In this document: positions 1 through 14,565 of the stretch, piece by piece | Position numbering within the stretch: the stretch's first letter is position 1 | Layout of the letters: the number at the start of each line of letters is the position of its first letter | Source of the DNA: Rhizophagus irregularis | Taxonomy: Eukaryota | NCBI RefSeq assembly: GCF_026210795.1 | Contig: NC_089434.1 | Location: forward strand, 3,348,001-3,412,000 | Length of the DNA: 64,000 nt | Reading direction: 5' to 3' | Position numbers and translations under genes: made by a program | The notes under the pieces: model-generated | The model's input: the letters and a program-made list of their open reading frames with translations, nothing else | Database searches by the model: none | What the model was told of the DNA's origin: nothing

Positions 1-2060
1 TGCTCCGCTTCTGATAACGGAAAAAACATCGTATGGTTACAGCAGGAGATGACTTTTTTATTTTTTAATATAACTCAATTAAATCCGGCTGATTGTAATT
101 TGCCATATTTAGGGTTACCCCTGAAATTTTTTTTTTTATAAAATACAATTCAAACTATTTTGTTCCTGTAAATTCATTCTTTGAAGTTCCATTAGTTCCA
201 TTGAGAATATTTTATTAGTGTTACTTCGAATCAAAATAAATGTTATTCGATAATTTTCTTAAGAAAACCTTTACTTTCTATTTAAAGAATGAGTATTAAC
301 ATTATCAAAATATATATATATTTTTTTTTTTAAAAAAAAAATTATGGTATAGTGCATTATTTTACTTTACCGTTGTTAATTCATAATTCAACCTATAAGG
401 AACTTTGTCATAAAAAACAAAAGCGCCATAAGTTTAAATTTTTTTATGAAAAAAGGGAACCGAACATAAAAAAAAAGAAACCTTATATAAATTTTTTGAA
501 AAAGAAATGGATAATCAATCAGTCATTTTAATTAAGTGAAGAATCAATCTCAGCGTGGAAAGAATTTTTATGTTAACTATATGAGAACATTTGCAAACAA
601 CTATATGAAGAACGGTTTTGGTCCTATCAGTTGATTGCGTTGATTGCGTTGGAAAAAGAAATAGTCTTCTTTTTCAAAATTCAAACAAAGATAATAATTT
701 GCTTTATGCGTCAAAAAGAAGCGTTTAATTTATGTCATGGCTTACAAATAAATTTCTTGAAAGGAGACTTGAAGGGAGAGACGTCAGAGACGTGAAAAAT
801 AGCGAAAAAATCAACTGTCGTAAGAGAGGGTTTCTATTCGATTTTTTATGACTGCGGAATATAGCTTGAGTTAAATCAAGAACAAAAATCTTGAACTATT
901 ATATTTCTAAGTTATCAAAAATTCTCAGATCCTGATTTTATTACTAGGATCGAAATGAATTAACAAATTTATTATTGATGCTGCTCTACAAAGGAGGAGT
1001 AGACTAGAATCTTTCTAAATGCAGTCGACGTTTAATCTCAAGATATCATCATCATCTCTTTGTCTTTTCTGCTTCCTTTTACTGGTTTATTTCACCATAT
1101 AAAATCTTTTCTCAAAAGACAATCACTGCGATAATAATTGCGGTTTGTAAAAATAATAGACAAGATAATGCCCGGATTTCGCCACCATGATCCTTCTGAT
1201 TCTTCGATATTTAGTTTTTTCTTGTGATTTACCGAGTTCTTTTAGGTAAAGAAATTCGATTAATCCATGTGAAGTTTTTCCAAGAGACAGTGGTAACTTC
1301 GTCAATATTAATTATAAAAAGATGATTTAGAGAGATCACAAATTTCAGACATATTTCACTAATTATTATCAAAGATTTTTCAGGATCTTTATGCTAAAGA
1401 TTATTCAAGAAACACCAACTCACTTTATGCACTCAATCAATACTCATTACAACATCAGTATTTTCGATACAGATGACTTCAATTAAGCGTATCATACTTT
1501 GATGTCACCGAAATTGAAATCAAAAGAAATAAGAATTCTTCTGATTGGGAGATACCAGTATTTGATTTGAGCAATTTCCAATTAATACAATTGGATTTTA
1601 ACGTATATATTCAATCGAATATCGGATATATATACCTTGGATGTCTAATTAGGGGTCTATATGTCCGACTGGGCAATGGCCAATTTCTCGACATTATAAT
1701 TTATCGATAATAGAAGACGAATCTAATTAGAGATTTAGATATCGTTGGACTAAAAAAGGTATTCTATATTTGCTAAATGCTAATTACTGATCAATATATG
1801 TAGAAAATCTCTAATTTTAAATTTATTAAAGTAAAGGGAACAGGTTTTTTCATATAAATTCTGTAAGATGTAAAAACCGATGTTTATGAACCAATTTTTC
1901 AAAAAATGGTAATCGTTGTATCAAGTTCAGCCGGAAATCTTATTGATCAAATCATCGATGAGAATAACGAGTATAATGATTGTAAAAATATTCCTAAAAG
2001 GGTAAGAATTCTCATTAAAATGTGATTTGAAATTCAAGTTGATATTAAATTAACGACTAA
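1..2060. repeat. Diverged partial copy of the ~9.6 kb duplication unit
   Basis: Collinear with 20400-22260 and 29480-31290. Shared blocks include gaaatggataatcaatcagtcattttaattaagtgaagaatcaatctca, aaaatcaactgtcgtaagaga and attctcattaaaat. Confidence 0.85.
970..1990 (-). pseudogene. Decayed gene of an uncharacterised lineage-specific family, copy A
   Basis: Peptide remnants (IRFPAELD, HKHRFLHLTEF, CPVGHID, NPIVLIG, YLKELGKS) are collinear with copies at 21205-22210 and 30285-31230. Many stops and frameshifts. Boundaries approximate. Confidence 0.65.
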
Positions 2061-4154
2061 TATATTTAATTTTATTAAATATATATTCAAATAATTCATC
2101 TCAAATGGATGTTACTTAGAGCATAGACAGTTTTTGTCATAATGTATTAAAGTTACCTTTACTATTTAGTTAAAAGCAATTTTGATAAATTCATCAACCA
2201 ACTGTTCCATCGCTAACACTATCTAACACCCTTGCCATCTTTAAGGATCATCCAAAGTTTTGCACAGTGATCCATGACTCACACATATTTTCCTTTTTTT
2301 AAGTCTCAAGATGGATTGTCCCTCCAGTGCCAGTTCAAAGCCTACTTCTTCATCTGTACCCTTTGGTTTATAGTAATAATTAATCCTAAATGTTTTTTAA
2401 TTGTAAGCAAAATACTGATTTGTCGTATATTGCTTATATATTTATATGGATGATAGGTTTTTAGATGAACTAGCATTTTGAAAATTATTTTAAAATATAA
2501 CAATAAATTATACAATGAAGTTTTTAATGCTCTAAACTTTGAGGATATTGAAAAAGATCGCCCTGACACAGATGTCATTCGTGGTTTTATAATTTTTACG
2601 AGAAGACTCTGATATTTTATAGTACATCGTTGATCTGAAATGTTAAATGACAGGAAGTTTAGAATCTAAGGTTACAATTTTGAGTCAGATACATTATTAT
2701 GATTAATGATGAGAATATTACTTCATTACCAATAAATTCAGCAACGTGAAACTTTATGTTTGGGAACTTACTTTAGGGTGGGAAGTAAGAAATCATATTA
2801 CGGTATTAATTCCTACTAATTTACTAAGAAGGGTATAAAAAAAATATTATAAATGAAAGTAATCTTTACGAATGAGAATGAAATGTGTGATTTTCGGAGC
2901 AACAACGGATGGATTAGTATTTTTCAGGTGACACAGTGGTGATACGGACGTCTTTTTCTAATTGAAATTTTTTTTTAGAACAATTAATTTCTTTGCTCTT
3001 TGTTATTTTTAGCATTAGAAAGGATGGTCGTTACGTGATCGTTACAATAGGACCCGGACAATTATATAAAATATGGGATGTATATATATATATATATATT
3101 ATATAATCTAAAATTATAAAATTATCATGAATCGCGCATTATAAGATCGGCATAAATAATTTAACTACTCAAATCTTATTTTGAAGATTCAAAGCAGTAA
3201 AATCAAATAATTATGAATTGCTATACAATAATCGACAAATAGGCTAATCTTCGTGTGACAAAAACCCAAACGTTTACATATCAGATTAGTAAAAAATTGG
3301 GATTTGAACAATACTAACAACAACAACACGTATTTACTACTGTATTAACTCCATAACATCATTGTTTTCAAACTCTTAGCTCAAAAAAATTTTTAAGATT
3401 TGGAAATTTTATTTAGTAGACACTTTAATAGGGATTTTTTCTTTATAAAGTCTATTAAGGATTTTAAAATCTATTTTAAGAATTTTTTTCTTTAAGTCCG
3501 TTATGATATTTTTTTTTTAAAGGATTTAAATGTTGTGGAAAAAGAAAAAGAAAAAGAAAAAAAAAAGGATTTAGATTTCATGCAGTCATTGTGGAAATCT
3601 TTTTCAATTGAGGACAAACTAATTATATAAATATATATAAATACAAATATATATGTACTATAAAAAAAAAATGATTTTACTATCGTGGCACAAAGGATCA
3701 TTTTTTTCAAACTAATTACACCAGAATTAAAGACACCCTCAGCCTATAACTGACCAAATAAGGAAACTCATTGTTTGATGATGGGACGCTCATCAGCACA
3801 TTGCATTTCTTTCTCCGATCTACTTTCAATTTTCCAATTAAGGATCATCAGACTTAGTACCAGAATTGAAGACCTCAATTTTAATTATTTATATTGTAAT
3901 TGTATCACACGCATTTTAAATTTTTAATTATAAATACTCTGCAAAAACTTTAAAAGTTTGAAAAGTTTTCACCTTCAAATATTTTATTCTAAGATTTCAT
4001 TAGTTCTTAGTTCTTTTTAAAGATATATATATCAAAAAGAACCGCTTTTTGTTTAATTCTTTGCCCGAAGAAGCTGAAATAAAATAAACTTTAAATAAAT
4101 TATTTGGAGAGGGCACTTTTAACTTCCTTCAGAAATTTTATAAAGGTTTTTACG

Positions 4155-4700
4155 ATGGCTCATAAAATTATTGATGATGGAATTATTCATCTACAACAAC
4201 CGACAAATGTGATCCAAACGGAACATACTCAAATGGAACATAACCAAACGGAACATACACCAAATGTTTCATACAATAATAACCTAGACACTTTCCGCGA
4301 CTTTTCAGAAACGATGACAACTTATACAACTAACGAAGAGTTTTCTTTTACGGATAATCAACTTGGCACTTCAACTCAATATTACCAACCTACGTTCACC
4401 ACTTCATATTACGCGCCGCAGCATAACTCTCCACTTGATAATATTCAATTCCAAAATAATTTCACTTCACTTAATTCTCCTCAAATGGATAATTCTGAGA
4501 TCTTTAAGCTTAACATTCCCGGTTTCAAAATTATCGTTATACCTAATTCTGTAAATTTGGCTAATTTGGACTTACAAAATCTTTTTCAACAAGACCCGAA
4601 CTCAAATGTTGTTAATGTTACCGAAAACCCGCAAACCGACTTTCAAAATACTTTTGATTATTTAAATGATTCATTTGATTTTAATAAATTTAGTGACTAA
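4155..4700 (+). CDS. Hypothetical protein, 181 aa, N/Q/T-rich, with an SEIFKLNIPGFKIIVIP motif
   Basis: Open 546 nt frame in very AT-rich DNA. First ATG at 4155 (the ORF-track start at 4104 is TTG). AT-rich 3' flank. Confidence 0.7.
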   Translation: MAHKIIDDGIIHLQQPTNVIQTEHTQMEHNQTEHTPNVSYNNNLDTFRDFSETMTTYTTNEEFSFTDNQLGTSTQYYQPTFTTSYYAPQHNSPLDNIQFQNNFTSLNSPQMDNSEIFKLNIPGFKIIVIPNSVNLANLDLQNLFQQDPNSNVVNVTENPQTDFQNTFDYLNDSFDFNKFSD

Positions 4701-5559
4701 ACAACATCCTTTTCTTTTTATCTAATTTATATTATTATTTTTATTTCTTGTAGTATACTCTTTAAATATTTATTATGTATTCCTTTCATTATTTTGTTTA
4801 AATAAAGTTATATTTTGGTATTATCTTAAATGGATCAATTATTAAGTTGCTACAAATGCATTATATATTTATTTCATACATTCTTGTGGATTTGGTTCCC
4901 AACTAATATAAATTTTTTTTCACTCTCCAACATATTATAATTCTTCAAATGTTATATCAGAGGAAGGTGAAACTGAAAGAATCAGACAGTGAAGCGCGTT
5001 GTTATATGAACTCACTTACCCTTGGGCAATAATTCGATAAATTCCGTGATATAAGGTTGGGCTTTGGTTTTTCCTACATTTTCGGCTACATTAATTCCGG
5101 AAATATGAGCCTTTTACGGAAAAGGATCGTCTTTTTTTACAGGGTTAATGTTGACAGTGAAACAGAGATCCTCAATTATTTCAGAAAACATAGCCGAGAA
5201 TTTGGGGATATAGATAGACAAAAATAGCTCTCACAAAATTACCGTTTGACAAAAATAAAAGGAAAGCATAATATTCAGTTAAAGAGAAAAGAAGATTGTA
5301 TCCAAATTTCTTCTCAGTAGGTATATCCATAATTACACAATACGCGTGAAAGGCACATAATTTATGCAAAAAATCCACAAAGAATTTGAAAAAATCCTGA
5401 TGGCAAATACAGAAAAATGGGGTATAATACGTATAATACTGGAAATAGTCTGCACTTTTTTTCAATAGATTTCTGAATTTTAATAAAACTTTGTGGTCTC
5501 TTTTCAAACCAATAGATACTGAAAAAAAAACTCCTAGAATGATGTCGTTCTGAGACTCC

Positions 5560-6170
5560 GAACCTTTACTAATAACTCTAACTTTTTTTTTTAAAACTCA
5601 GTTCAAAAAAATCTTTTACTCAGTATTGGGAAATTTCATTTAGTAGAAAATTTTAATAAGGAGTTTTTTTAATAAAGTCTACAAGAATTTTTTCTGAGAC
5701 CGTGATTTTTTTTTAAAATAACCGAATTTAAGCATTTAACGTCTTTAATTTGAATTTGAAATTCGTATTATTACTCTATTCCGGTTGCAACTCAAATTAT
5801 TTTTTATCTGTATATACTCTATACCACTTTAAAAATCACAAAATTTACTTATAAAAAATCCTTACCCTATTTTTTCATTTACTTCATTTTACCCACATTT
5901 TTCCGGACTTCAAAAATCTTCAATTTTAATTATGTTGTATAACACACATTTTTACGCTATTTATAAAAAAAATAACGAAAAAATTTTATTTGTATTTTTT
6001 TTTCGGTTTCTATTCTTCTTAGTTCTTCTTAAAGATATATACGATATTCAAGATGTAATATCTAGTATACATCAAAAAGAACCGTTTTTTGTTCAATTCT
6101 CGCTCGAAGGAAAATAAAATAAACTTTAAAATAAATTATTTGGAGAGAGCACTTTTAACTTACTTCTGAA
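5560..6170 (+). repeat. Duplicate of the upstream region (3330-4135) of the 4155 gene, lacking the CDS
   Basis: Shared blocks ggaaattt.atttagtaga, atcaaaaagaaccg.tttttgtt and ataaattatttggagag.gcacttttaactt. Similarity ends about 20 bp before the position of the ATG. Confidence 0.75.
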
Positions 6171-6734
6171 AACTGTGATAAACGATTTAAATGAGACTAT
6201 GAACCAGTTAAATTACACAGACTCGGGCGAAAATATTGGCACCTTTAGAGATCACATAAATTATTTGTTAATACGAAAAGTGGAACAAAGGTTAGGCAAG
6301 GAGTGGCAAGAGTGGCAAGAGTGAATGGTCTGAAGCAAAATGCTTTAACGTTAATAGTGAGTTATTTCATTTAAACGAGGGACATATGTTTCACCAAAGT
6401 GAGATATTTTTTCATTTTAACGAAACAGTATATTGTCTGTAGATTAATTTATCCGATAGAAAAAATGCGAAATCATATCTTTAGATTTTAGAATATGAAA
6501 AAGATTGTTGCGCATTCAATATTGATCAGTTTTGCATCGATTAATAGGAAAAATATCGTGCACTTTCGCACAATCAGTGTATTATACAATAAAAATTTAG
6601 CTTTTATTTTACTCTAAAAAGAAATAAATGTGAACGTTCGTGAAAATTTCAAGATAAAAAAAAAATAATAATAAATACTCTATTTGAACAGGAGGAGTTG
6701 TTATAATGACAACGAAATATCAAAGAAAAATAAT

Positions 6735-8023
6735 CTAATTTTGTTGATAAATCTTGTTTAAATCAATTTGACAGGAATGTACAAACTTCGTTTTTTTACT
6801 TTCTTCTCTTTCATAAGGAACAATAGATGCGTTATTGTTTTTAGAATCAATACTATTAAGTTCTGAATTTACTTGAGAAATATTTGGTCGTTCATCTGGT
6901 TCGTGTTTCCAACATTCTATTCAAATAGATTAAAATTAGATTGCGACAAGAAAAATAAATTGTATAATTACCAAAAAGGATTAATTGCGAAGTAATAAAT
7001 TTTATACTTACTTTGATAAAGTTCAATAAATTTAACATTCGTGTCCAAAACAGGTTCTTCTCTCTTACCACTTAGTATTTTATTTGTAATATGATCATTT
7101 TCAAGACCATCAAAAGATGGCTTGCGACTAGTTAACTCCCAGAATAAAAATCCCAAATTATATATATCAGATTTTTCGTTGATCTTATATGGAATGTTTC
7201 GATTAAGTGCTTTAGGGTCCACATAAGGCATTATACCCCATACTTCAGTATTATAACAATCTGTTCCTTTTAGAGATGAACGGCCGAAATCTGCCAATTT
7301 AATCGTATTTTGATGAATTAAGACATTATTGGGATGCTAAAAGGAGAAAGGGGAATATGTTAATTTTACAATATAATGAATTAGTTTAGATTAATAAATT
7401 ATAACCAATATTAGCATACTCACAAGATCCTGGTGTACGATTCCCTTATCATCATGTAACCATAAAATCGCACTTGCAATCTCCTTGGCAAATTTTAATT
7501 GTTCCTTCCATTTAAAAGTTATAGCATCATTCCTTAAATAATCTCTTAGTGTTCCATCATCCGCACTTTCAAGAACAAGTGAATATTTATTTTCGTCTAA
7601 ACAATTAAACAATAAGTAAATAAAAATGATAAAAATGTCAAACATCAATTATATAATTATTATTTTACATTGCAATTTTGTAATTCCATAAAATCGAATG
7701 ATATTTGGATGGTGAGAAGCTATTTTCATAATCTTAATCTTGAAAAAAAATTTATAAGTACCATATCAAAAAAAGATGTAAACAAAAAACCATTTCAGTA
7801 ACGTACTTCGTTATTGATTTCTTCTTCCTTAGAAGTTTCTTTAAATTTTTTAATCGCATACTTTACTGATGTATTCTTCCAATATGCAACATAAACAGAA
7901 GAGAATCCTCCAGAACCGATAGCTTCCGGGAGAATCTTAAGATCTTGAAGACCATAGAAATATATCTCTAGCTCGTGATGTGACTAATGACGTCATGTTG
8001 GTGTTTGTGTTCATGTTATGCAT
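6735..8023 (-). pseudogene. Multi-exon protein kinase (tyrosine-kinase-like type), probably frameshifted at both ends
   Basis: Spliced reading gives IGSGGFSSVY, YAIKK, HPNIIRFYG, YSLVLESADDGTL, IVHQDL/HPNNVL, KLADFG, GIMPYVDP, KSDIYNLG and CWKHEPDERP, with GT-AG introns (e.g. 7806-7739). ATGs at 7996/8014/8023 are out of frame with the Gly-rich loop, and a TAA at 6796 precedes an apparent tail in another frame. Confidence 0.8.
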
Positions 8024-8524
8024 AATTGGGGGTTTTTTTTCCGCATCACGGTAATTTGGCGTTTTTGGGAAGTTGTTTTTTTCGAATCACGGTAATTTTT
8101 TAGATTAGTAAATTTGTTCTGCGCAGTAAAAAAAAACCATAAATATCGGACTTCTTCCTTGGGTTTCGTGGCGCAGTTTTTAAGATTGTTTTGAAGAAAA
8201 AAATAAAGAATTTTTAACGTTTTTTATGTGAAATCGGGAGTTGGTGAAATAAAAAATAGTTTTCAAAATGCCGTTAAGCAATAACTTAATCAATTGGAAT
8301 TTGGAACGTCGAGTTAAACTGTAATAAATAAACAGTAAGTTTTTGGATCTTTAACTTAATAGACCATAATGAAAGAAATGAGCGAAAGGTGAAAAATATT
8401 GTAATCTCGAGTCCTATTTATACAAATATACTCATGTAACCAATGTAGTGCAAAGATGAATATGTAACGTACAACTTGCATAATAATACATTCTCCTTAA
8501 ATATATGTTACACACATTACTAAA

Positions 8525-8652
8525 CAGTGACGCAAATGTATCGTTCTTATACGATCAGGTGCTATGTTCTTATACGACGTATATGTCACATAATATAGGT
8601 CGTATAAGATAGTATGTCGTACACGTATAAGAACGATACATTTGCAGCAGAG
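8525..8652. mobile_element. Short non-autonomous TIR element, CACTA-like ends
   Basis: Inverted repeat gcaaatgtatcgttcttatacg / cgtataagaacgatacatttgc with internal tatacga sub-repeats. Adjacent to a Tnp2 fragment. Confidence 0.65.
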
Positions 8653-8664
8653 GCAGTTAAAGTA

Positions 8665-8845
8665 AAAGAGATGAGCAATCTCAGCAATTCAGACCACCTT
8701 ACGCCAGTAGTTTTTACAAAGCGATTCCTTGCAGCATTTGAATTGCAGCGACGCCATCCAAGGGCATTCTCGCGAAATTGTGCCGAATCTCGATTGATGA
8801 ACCATTCGCTCATATTATCCATTCCAGCGAAATTATGTTTATGAT
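8665..8845 (-). mobile_element. CACTA/En-Spm Tnp2-type transposase fragment
   Basis: WRRCNSNAARNRFVKTTGVRWSELLRL matches the GVRWSELLRLPYF motif I recognise from fungal Tnp2-family transposases. Truncated on both sides. Confidence 0.7.
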
Positions 8846-10089
8846 TTTCGTAATTGACTGCTATTGTCGATTTATTATGATTGTAGTTTCCTTTTTTTTA
8901 AAAAAAACTTATCAAAATAATATTTTAGGCGACACAAAGTGGTAAAAATGGTTTTCATAGTCCGGCCGGGTCAGTTTTGTTAAGTCTTAAAAAAAAAATT
9001 TTTATATTATTACTATGCCGGGTGAGAATTTTTTAAAAATTGAAAAAAAATTTCGCATATAAAATTTTTGAAAAAAAAAATTAAAAGCCGGGTTGCCGGG
9101 TTATTGATGAAATTTTTATATTATGAAAACCATAAAATCAAGTTTGTATGGCCTTATACATTCCGTATTACAAGAGTTTCATTAATTTCTAAGTAAACCT
9201 GAGTGAAGAAAATAGCATCTAAATTAACTCGTTTCTGTGTAAGAAAATCCTAAATCTTCCTGATTGACAATTTGTTGTGATTTAACTTTGAATATCAACG
9301 TTCCAAAAAAAAAAGAATTACCAAATTTGGAATAAACAAAGAAAAATATTAATGCAATTTATGCATCAATTGGGATATCGTGTCAATCGTATATCCCGAG
9401 TCAGATATAAGTAAAGTTTATAATATTTAATTGTATTTTTATGTACTGTATATATTATCGATCTAATGAAAAAAAGTAATGAAAAAAAGTATGGGAACTG
9501 ATATTATCAATATTTTCCAAATTAGATATTTTTTTGATAAAAATTAAAAATCAGTCTGATTGAAAATTTAAAAATTGATATATATATATATATGTTTGCG
9601 GAACGATTATTATTAACCTATATATTTGTAATCAATGTACGGAAAAAAATTTTATTCTGATGTCAAAATGTGAACTTTGCGAAACAAAAGAAAAAAAATC
9701 CAAACCTTTCTAAAGTTGATTATTTTGATCCGGTTGATTACTTTTGAAATGATATAATCAAAAATACTAACATAACTGTCGATACTGTCGATAATAAGGT
9801 TAATTTAGGATCATTTGGCGAAAGAACTGGATCAATAGTACGAATTACATTTCGTGTCGTCATTATACATCAAAACCGAAAAGGTACATAATGACAATAT
9901 CATGTTTAGACTGTTTAGAAAGATATGTAAGATAAAAACATATATATATCTGATATATATATTATATATATACAGTTATACACACCTCTTTGACATTGAC
10001 ATCCGCTTATTTCGATATTTTTTTTAATGACATACGATACCCCAAATTTTTTTTTAACACTTCAAAAAATTAAAACATTAATATCCATC

Positions 10090-10150
10090 AGCTGGCGTAC
10101 AAAAATCAACATTATCCTACGATTAACCGTCCAACGTCCTACAATTTGAT
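10090..10150 (+). pseudogene. Truncated remnant of the micro-protein gene at 50966-51133
   Basis: ggcgtacaaaaatcaacattatcctacgattaaccgt (GVQ/NQHYPTINR, with one extra A) matches the reverse complement of 51087-51123. Flanks are also homologous. Confidence 0.6.
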
Positions 10151-11056
10151 TGTATTTTAAAAATTTATTTTAAATTCGGATATTTTTCTCCATAACAATT
10201 AGATTTTTATAAGCTTTCTGCTATTTATGTTAGCCGGTTTTTTTTTGATATACTGTATAAAAATTTTTTTTTTATAAATAAATACATATTTTTTTTTATT
10301 CTTAAAAAAAGACCGAAATCTTAAAAGTCGAAATTTTGATTCATTTTAAAAAGATTTTATTTTATATTTACAAAAAAAAAATAATTTATATTAGCGTGTT
10401 TCGGTGTTTCACTTATCTTAAAAAAAAAATATTGGTCTAACTAACGCATGGAATCTAATATATTTGTCCTTATTGAACTTGGCAAATTAATACAAATCAT
10501 TTTAACATAAAGACAAATTACCCCATTTTAAAGTAACTTATTTCTAAAAATAGATGAATATATATTTTTTTACCTAAAAGCCAAGGATTCGAAAACGGAA
10601 CATCCGAGTCCAATGATTATGTTAATTTGGGTTGGCACCATAATTCTGACAAGAGTTATTAAGCGAAAAAGGTCTTATTCATTAAAATATTAATATTATA
10701 AATTCAATATAATTTCGGCCACTATGGTAAGGTAGGACCGGGAAATCTTTACTATATATCCCCACATTTTTATTTTTATTTTTATTTTAGCAGGTGAAAC
10801 AATTTGAAGTACAGATTGTTAACTGTTTATCCCCACATTCGAATATTACTACTGTATAAATTCAAATAATGTAGTCACCAGTTTTCATTAGATTCGCAAA
10901 AAAATTGGTTACCCGCTTAAGGCTTAGATTCGCACATACATATTACAAAAAAAGTAACCGCCCATTAGTTTGATTCGCAGTTATATATATAGGTCCCCGA
11001 TTATCATTTGATTCGAAATTTTTTCTGATCTTTAGTATTTTTGATTTTAAAAAATA

Positions 11057-14000
11057 ATGTCGCTTCCTTATGACTCTCGTCAAAGCCGCTTTACCTCTTT
11101 TGATAACTTTCAAAAATTTATTAGTACTAAAAAAGTTCTTTGTAAATGTGGTAAAACTGTTTCGCTTGGTGCTATATATCAAGTTGCTAATTTTCAAAGA
11201 CATTTTCAAAGTAAAAACTGTGATTACTATTTAAATAAACAACCAAGCATAAATGTCTTTTTCTCAAATAGCATATCAGAAAATGATGAAGAAAATAGGA
11301 ATGATGAAGGAAGTAACGATGAAAGAAATAGAAAACGAATTGCTGTTAGGTGTCAGGGTCTCTGTGATTTAGAGCATATTAATTATGTTATAAATAGTCC
11401 TGCTAGCTTTGGTGGCGGAAAAAGAGCCAGAAGTTATAGAAAAACAACTTTTTCCAGAAAAGTTTCCAGAAAAAACCCTTTTACTAGAAAGAAACTTAAT
11501 AAAAAACAACTAAAAGAATTTGAGAGAGTATTGGAAGCTGAAGCTACTTGGCGTTCGGATAAAGAAGATTTAGCTATATCATGCACAATGTGAAAAAAGA
11601 ACAACTAATGAAAGCTCTCTGTGTAATAAGTGTGAAGAATTAAAGGGTAATAAACGTTTGGATGAAGCACTTAAAGCTGTAAGTTTATATTTTTTATTTT
11701 TATTTTTACTTTTATAAATACTTTATTATTTAAGAAGCGGGCAACAAGTAGTACCGTTAAATTTATAGTTATTAGAGCTTCTCAAGATTTCAAATTTACG
11801 GCAATTTTTGGCTGCTACAAATAGTAAAAGTGATAATGCGGAATTTTGGATCAAAGTAGCCCAATTTGGCTTAAGTGGAACATTTAGTGGAGATAAAACT
11901 TTTGCTGAAAAAAAAATGCAGTCTATTTTCTGAAAGTAGCCGTGAATATAAAATCTTTAAGAAGGCTTTGCTGGACTTACAGTTCAAAGAATTCGGTAAT
12001 TATTATTTATTTATTTGAATTTTATATAATAAATTATTATACAAATATCTAAGTTGATAATTGATTAACTTTTGAATAATAGATAAATTCGTAGAACAGA
12101 TTCCATTGTAGTTACTAATCCTGATTTGGTGATAGAGATTAGAAAACTTTATGTAGTTTTCACAAATTGTATCAAGTCTTAATTAGAATGGGCCGATTAT
12201 AGTCATGGCATATTCTACGAAATTACGAAAAACTTGAAAGACCTAACCACATTGCTGGGTCAACCTTACCACATTCAGAAACAACTATTGCAGTACTTAA
12301 TGATGTTCATCAAAAAAATTAATCATATTAGAGAAATGATGCAATTGCTACACAAGTTCGTGATATAGCATCGAAGGTTAGTAATCATGAAATATACATA
12401 TTAATTTTAATAAAATATTAATTAGTTATATTATTTTTAATTAGATTCCTATTGGGAAAGTTGCACCAATGATAGTAGCAATGATTCCTACTAAAGGTGA
12501 TGAGGGAGCTGATTAAATTATTCGTCAAGTAATTGAAGTGGCACATGTAGCAAATTTTGAACATTATAAGTTTTGGAGCTGATGATGCTAGATCTGAGTT
12601 TAATGCACAATCAATTATTAGAAATGAAGCATCGAAGACAAACAAGACGACAGAACTGCATTACGTACTTTCATTCAAATACTTTGATGCAAATTCCAGT
12701 TAGTGGTACTTTAACTGATGACCTATTCGTATTAGGTAATTATTTTGTATCTTTTTTATTTTTGATTTGATCTAAATATTTATTAAATTTGCCTTTTATC
12801 TAAATAGGACAATTGATCATAGAACGCGCATTGAAATGGTATTACGTGCTTATTTTTTTTTTAAACATATGGAAGGACTATATTGAACGCAGTAATACTA
12901 ATACACAATATTCAATAAAATGGTATAGCTTACAAAAAAGTTTTATCTCAATTCAAAGTTATGATACTAGTATGGTGGAGTCTTTGGTAATGCTTATAAT
13001 AGATCGTGAATATTATCCACAATATCCTTTATTCCATGGGAACATGGAATTGAAGCTTTGGAACATACATTTGGGATTTCACGAAGAGATTTTAATTTTT
13101 ATGAGTTTTTTAAGATACAACAAAGAGTTTCATATCGGGATAAAATTTCACGAGCAGGAATAATTGATACTAATAGAGAACGTGATTCTGCAGCAGGTAT
13201 TTACAATTCATTTTTTTTATTTTAACTTCTAAAATGCTTCAAATAATTTATAAGCAATAAATATATTTTTAGGTTATGTTTTTATGTGAAAGTGACGTGC
13301 CATCTACAGTATATCAAAATAATTGAAAGACTTCGCACATGGCCTACTACTGATGATATATAAGAATGTACCAGAGTTGCATTTAATGAAGCTATGTCAT
13401 TAGCAAAATATATTCATATAGATAATCATGAAGAATCATCAATTCCTGAATTTATTGCACATATAGGAAAAATGACAGACGATGAGGAGGATAACCAACA
13501 TAATGAATTAAATGGTAAATAAATAGAATTATATTTAATTAATTAAAGCAATATTATTTTAATTACAATTTATTAATTTAGAATTAATGAATACTTCTGA
13601 TGAAGCTAGTTTAGATCGTTCATCCATAGTTGGCAATGTAGCTTTAGAAATATCACGTATATTATCAGATTCACAGAATGAAAATGATCAATTATATGAA
13701 GAAAATTTGGATGATAATGAAAATGAGGAAGTAATACAACAACTGCCATCAGTTGGAGAATTTCCTGATATTCAATATATTATACAACATCCTCGGCCTA
13801 TACCAATTACTTTTCACCCATTTCAACAATTTTTTACCGATGTCATTTTTAATATTACGATTCTTTTACAAATTCGTCAAAGTCATGATGCATTTTCATC
13901 GTAATTTGCAATCAAATTCATAACAAATAGTAAATAGAAATAATAATCAAATACAAGAAATTAATGGAAATGCTGTTAATAAGCTTATTACCGAAATAAC

Positions 14001-14565
14001 AGCTAACAATATTGGTGAAAATCAAAGAAGAAGACGCCGAGATTGATGTGAAGGAAGGAAAAGATTAGAGACATTATCTAAAATAATAATTTAGGTGATT
14101 GTTACATTTTTATTTTGCATTATAAAAAATTTATTTATTAATTATATAATTTATTTATTTAATTTTTAGTAACAAATCTTAGCTTGGCCAATGTTTCTGA
14201 TATTAATCCTTTATGCAAAAATGGATTCTTAATAGTTTATTCCAATCATATTTTATGTTTGGGAAAAGTTATTACAATGTATTGAAAATGTGGACAACGA
14301 CATACATGGGTTAAAAAACCAGCAGGATTTTTAGATAATTTATCATTAAGATTTATATGCAAATGACATCGCTTTTTTTCATGTGAAAATTCAATAGGAG
14401 ATATTACAATTCATATTACTCCACATGAAGTGGTTTATTTTTTGGGTATGCGTTCATATACAAATGTAGAAAATCACTTAATTTCAGTAGATGATGAAAC
14501 CATTTCAGTTTATGAATGTTTTAATCACCTTCTTCACGTGATTTTCTCTCAAAAGTTTTTGATAA
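11057..14565 (+). pseudogene. Decayed multi-exon transposase-like gene (P-element/THAP9-like DDE, inferred)
   Basis: N-terminal CxC...H motif (CKCGKTVSL...NFQRHF). Remnants GPIIVMAYSTKL, ISFGADDARSEFNAQ and (P)WEHGIEALEHTFGISR resemble the three acidic-residue motifs of P-like transposases. Many stops and frameshifts. The block is absent from the inverted homolog at 49.4-51.4 kb. Confidence 0.5.

Noticed and set aside
2100..2700. Coding-like minus-strand remnants here and at 5160-5540, 15200-15550, 41350-41900 and 58260-58760
   Set aside because: Probably old gene fragments, but I could not assign frames or families with any confidence.
8614..8844. 76 aa plus-strand ORF
   Set aside because: Antisense to the Tnp2 fragment and starts inside a MITE.
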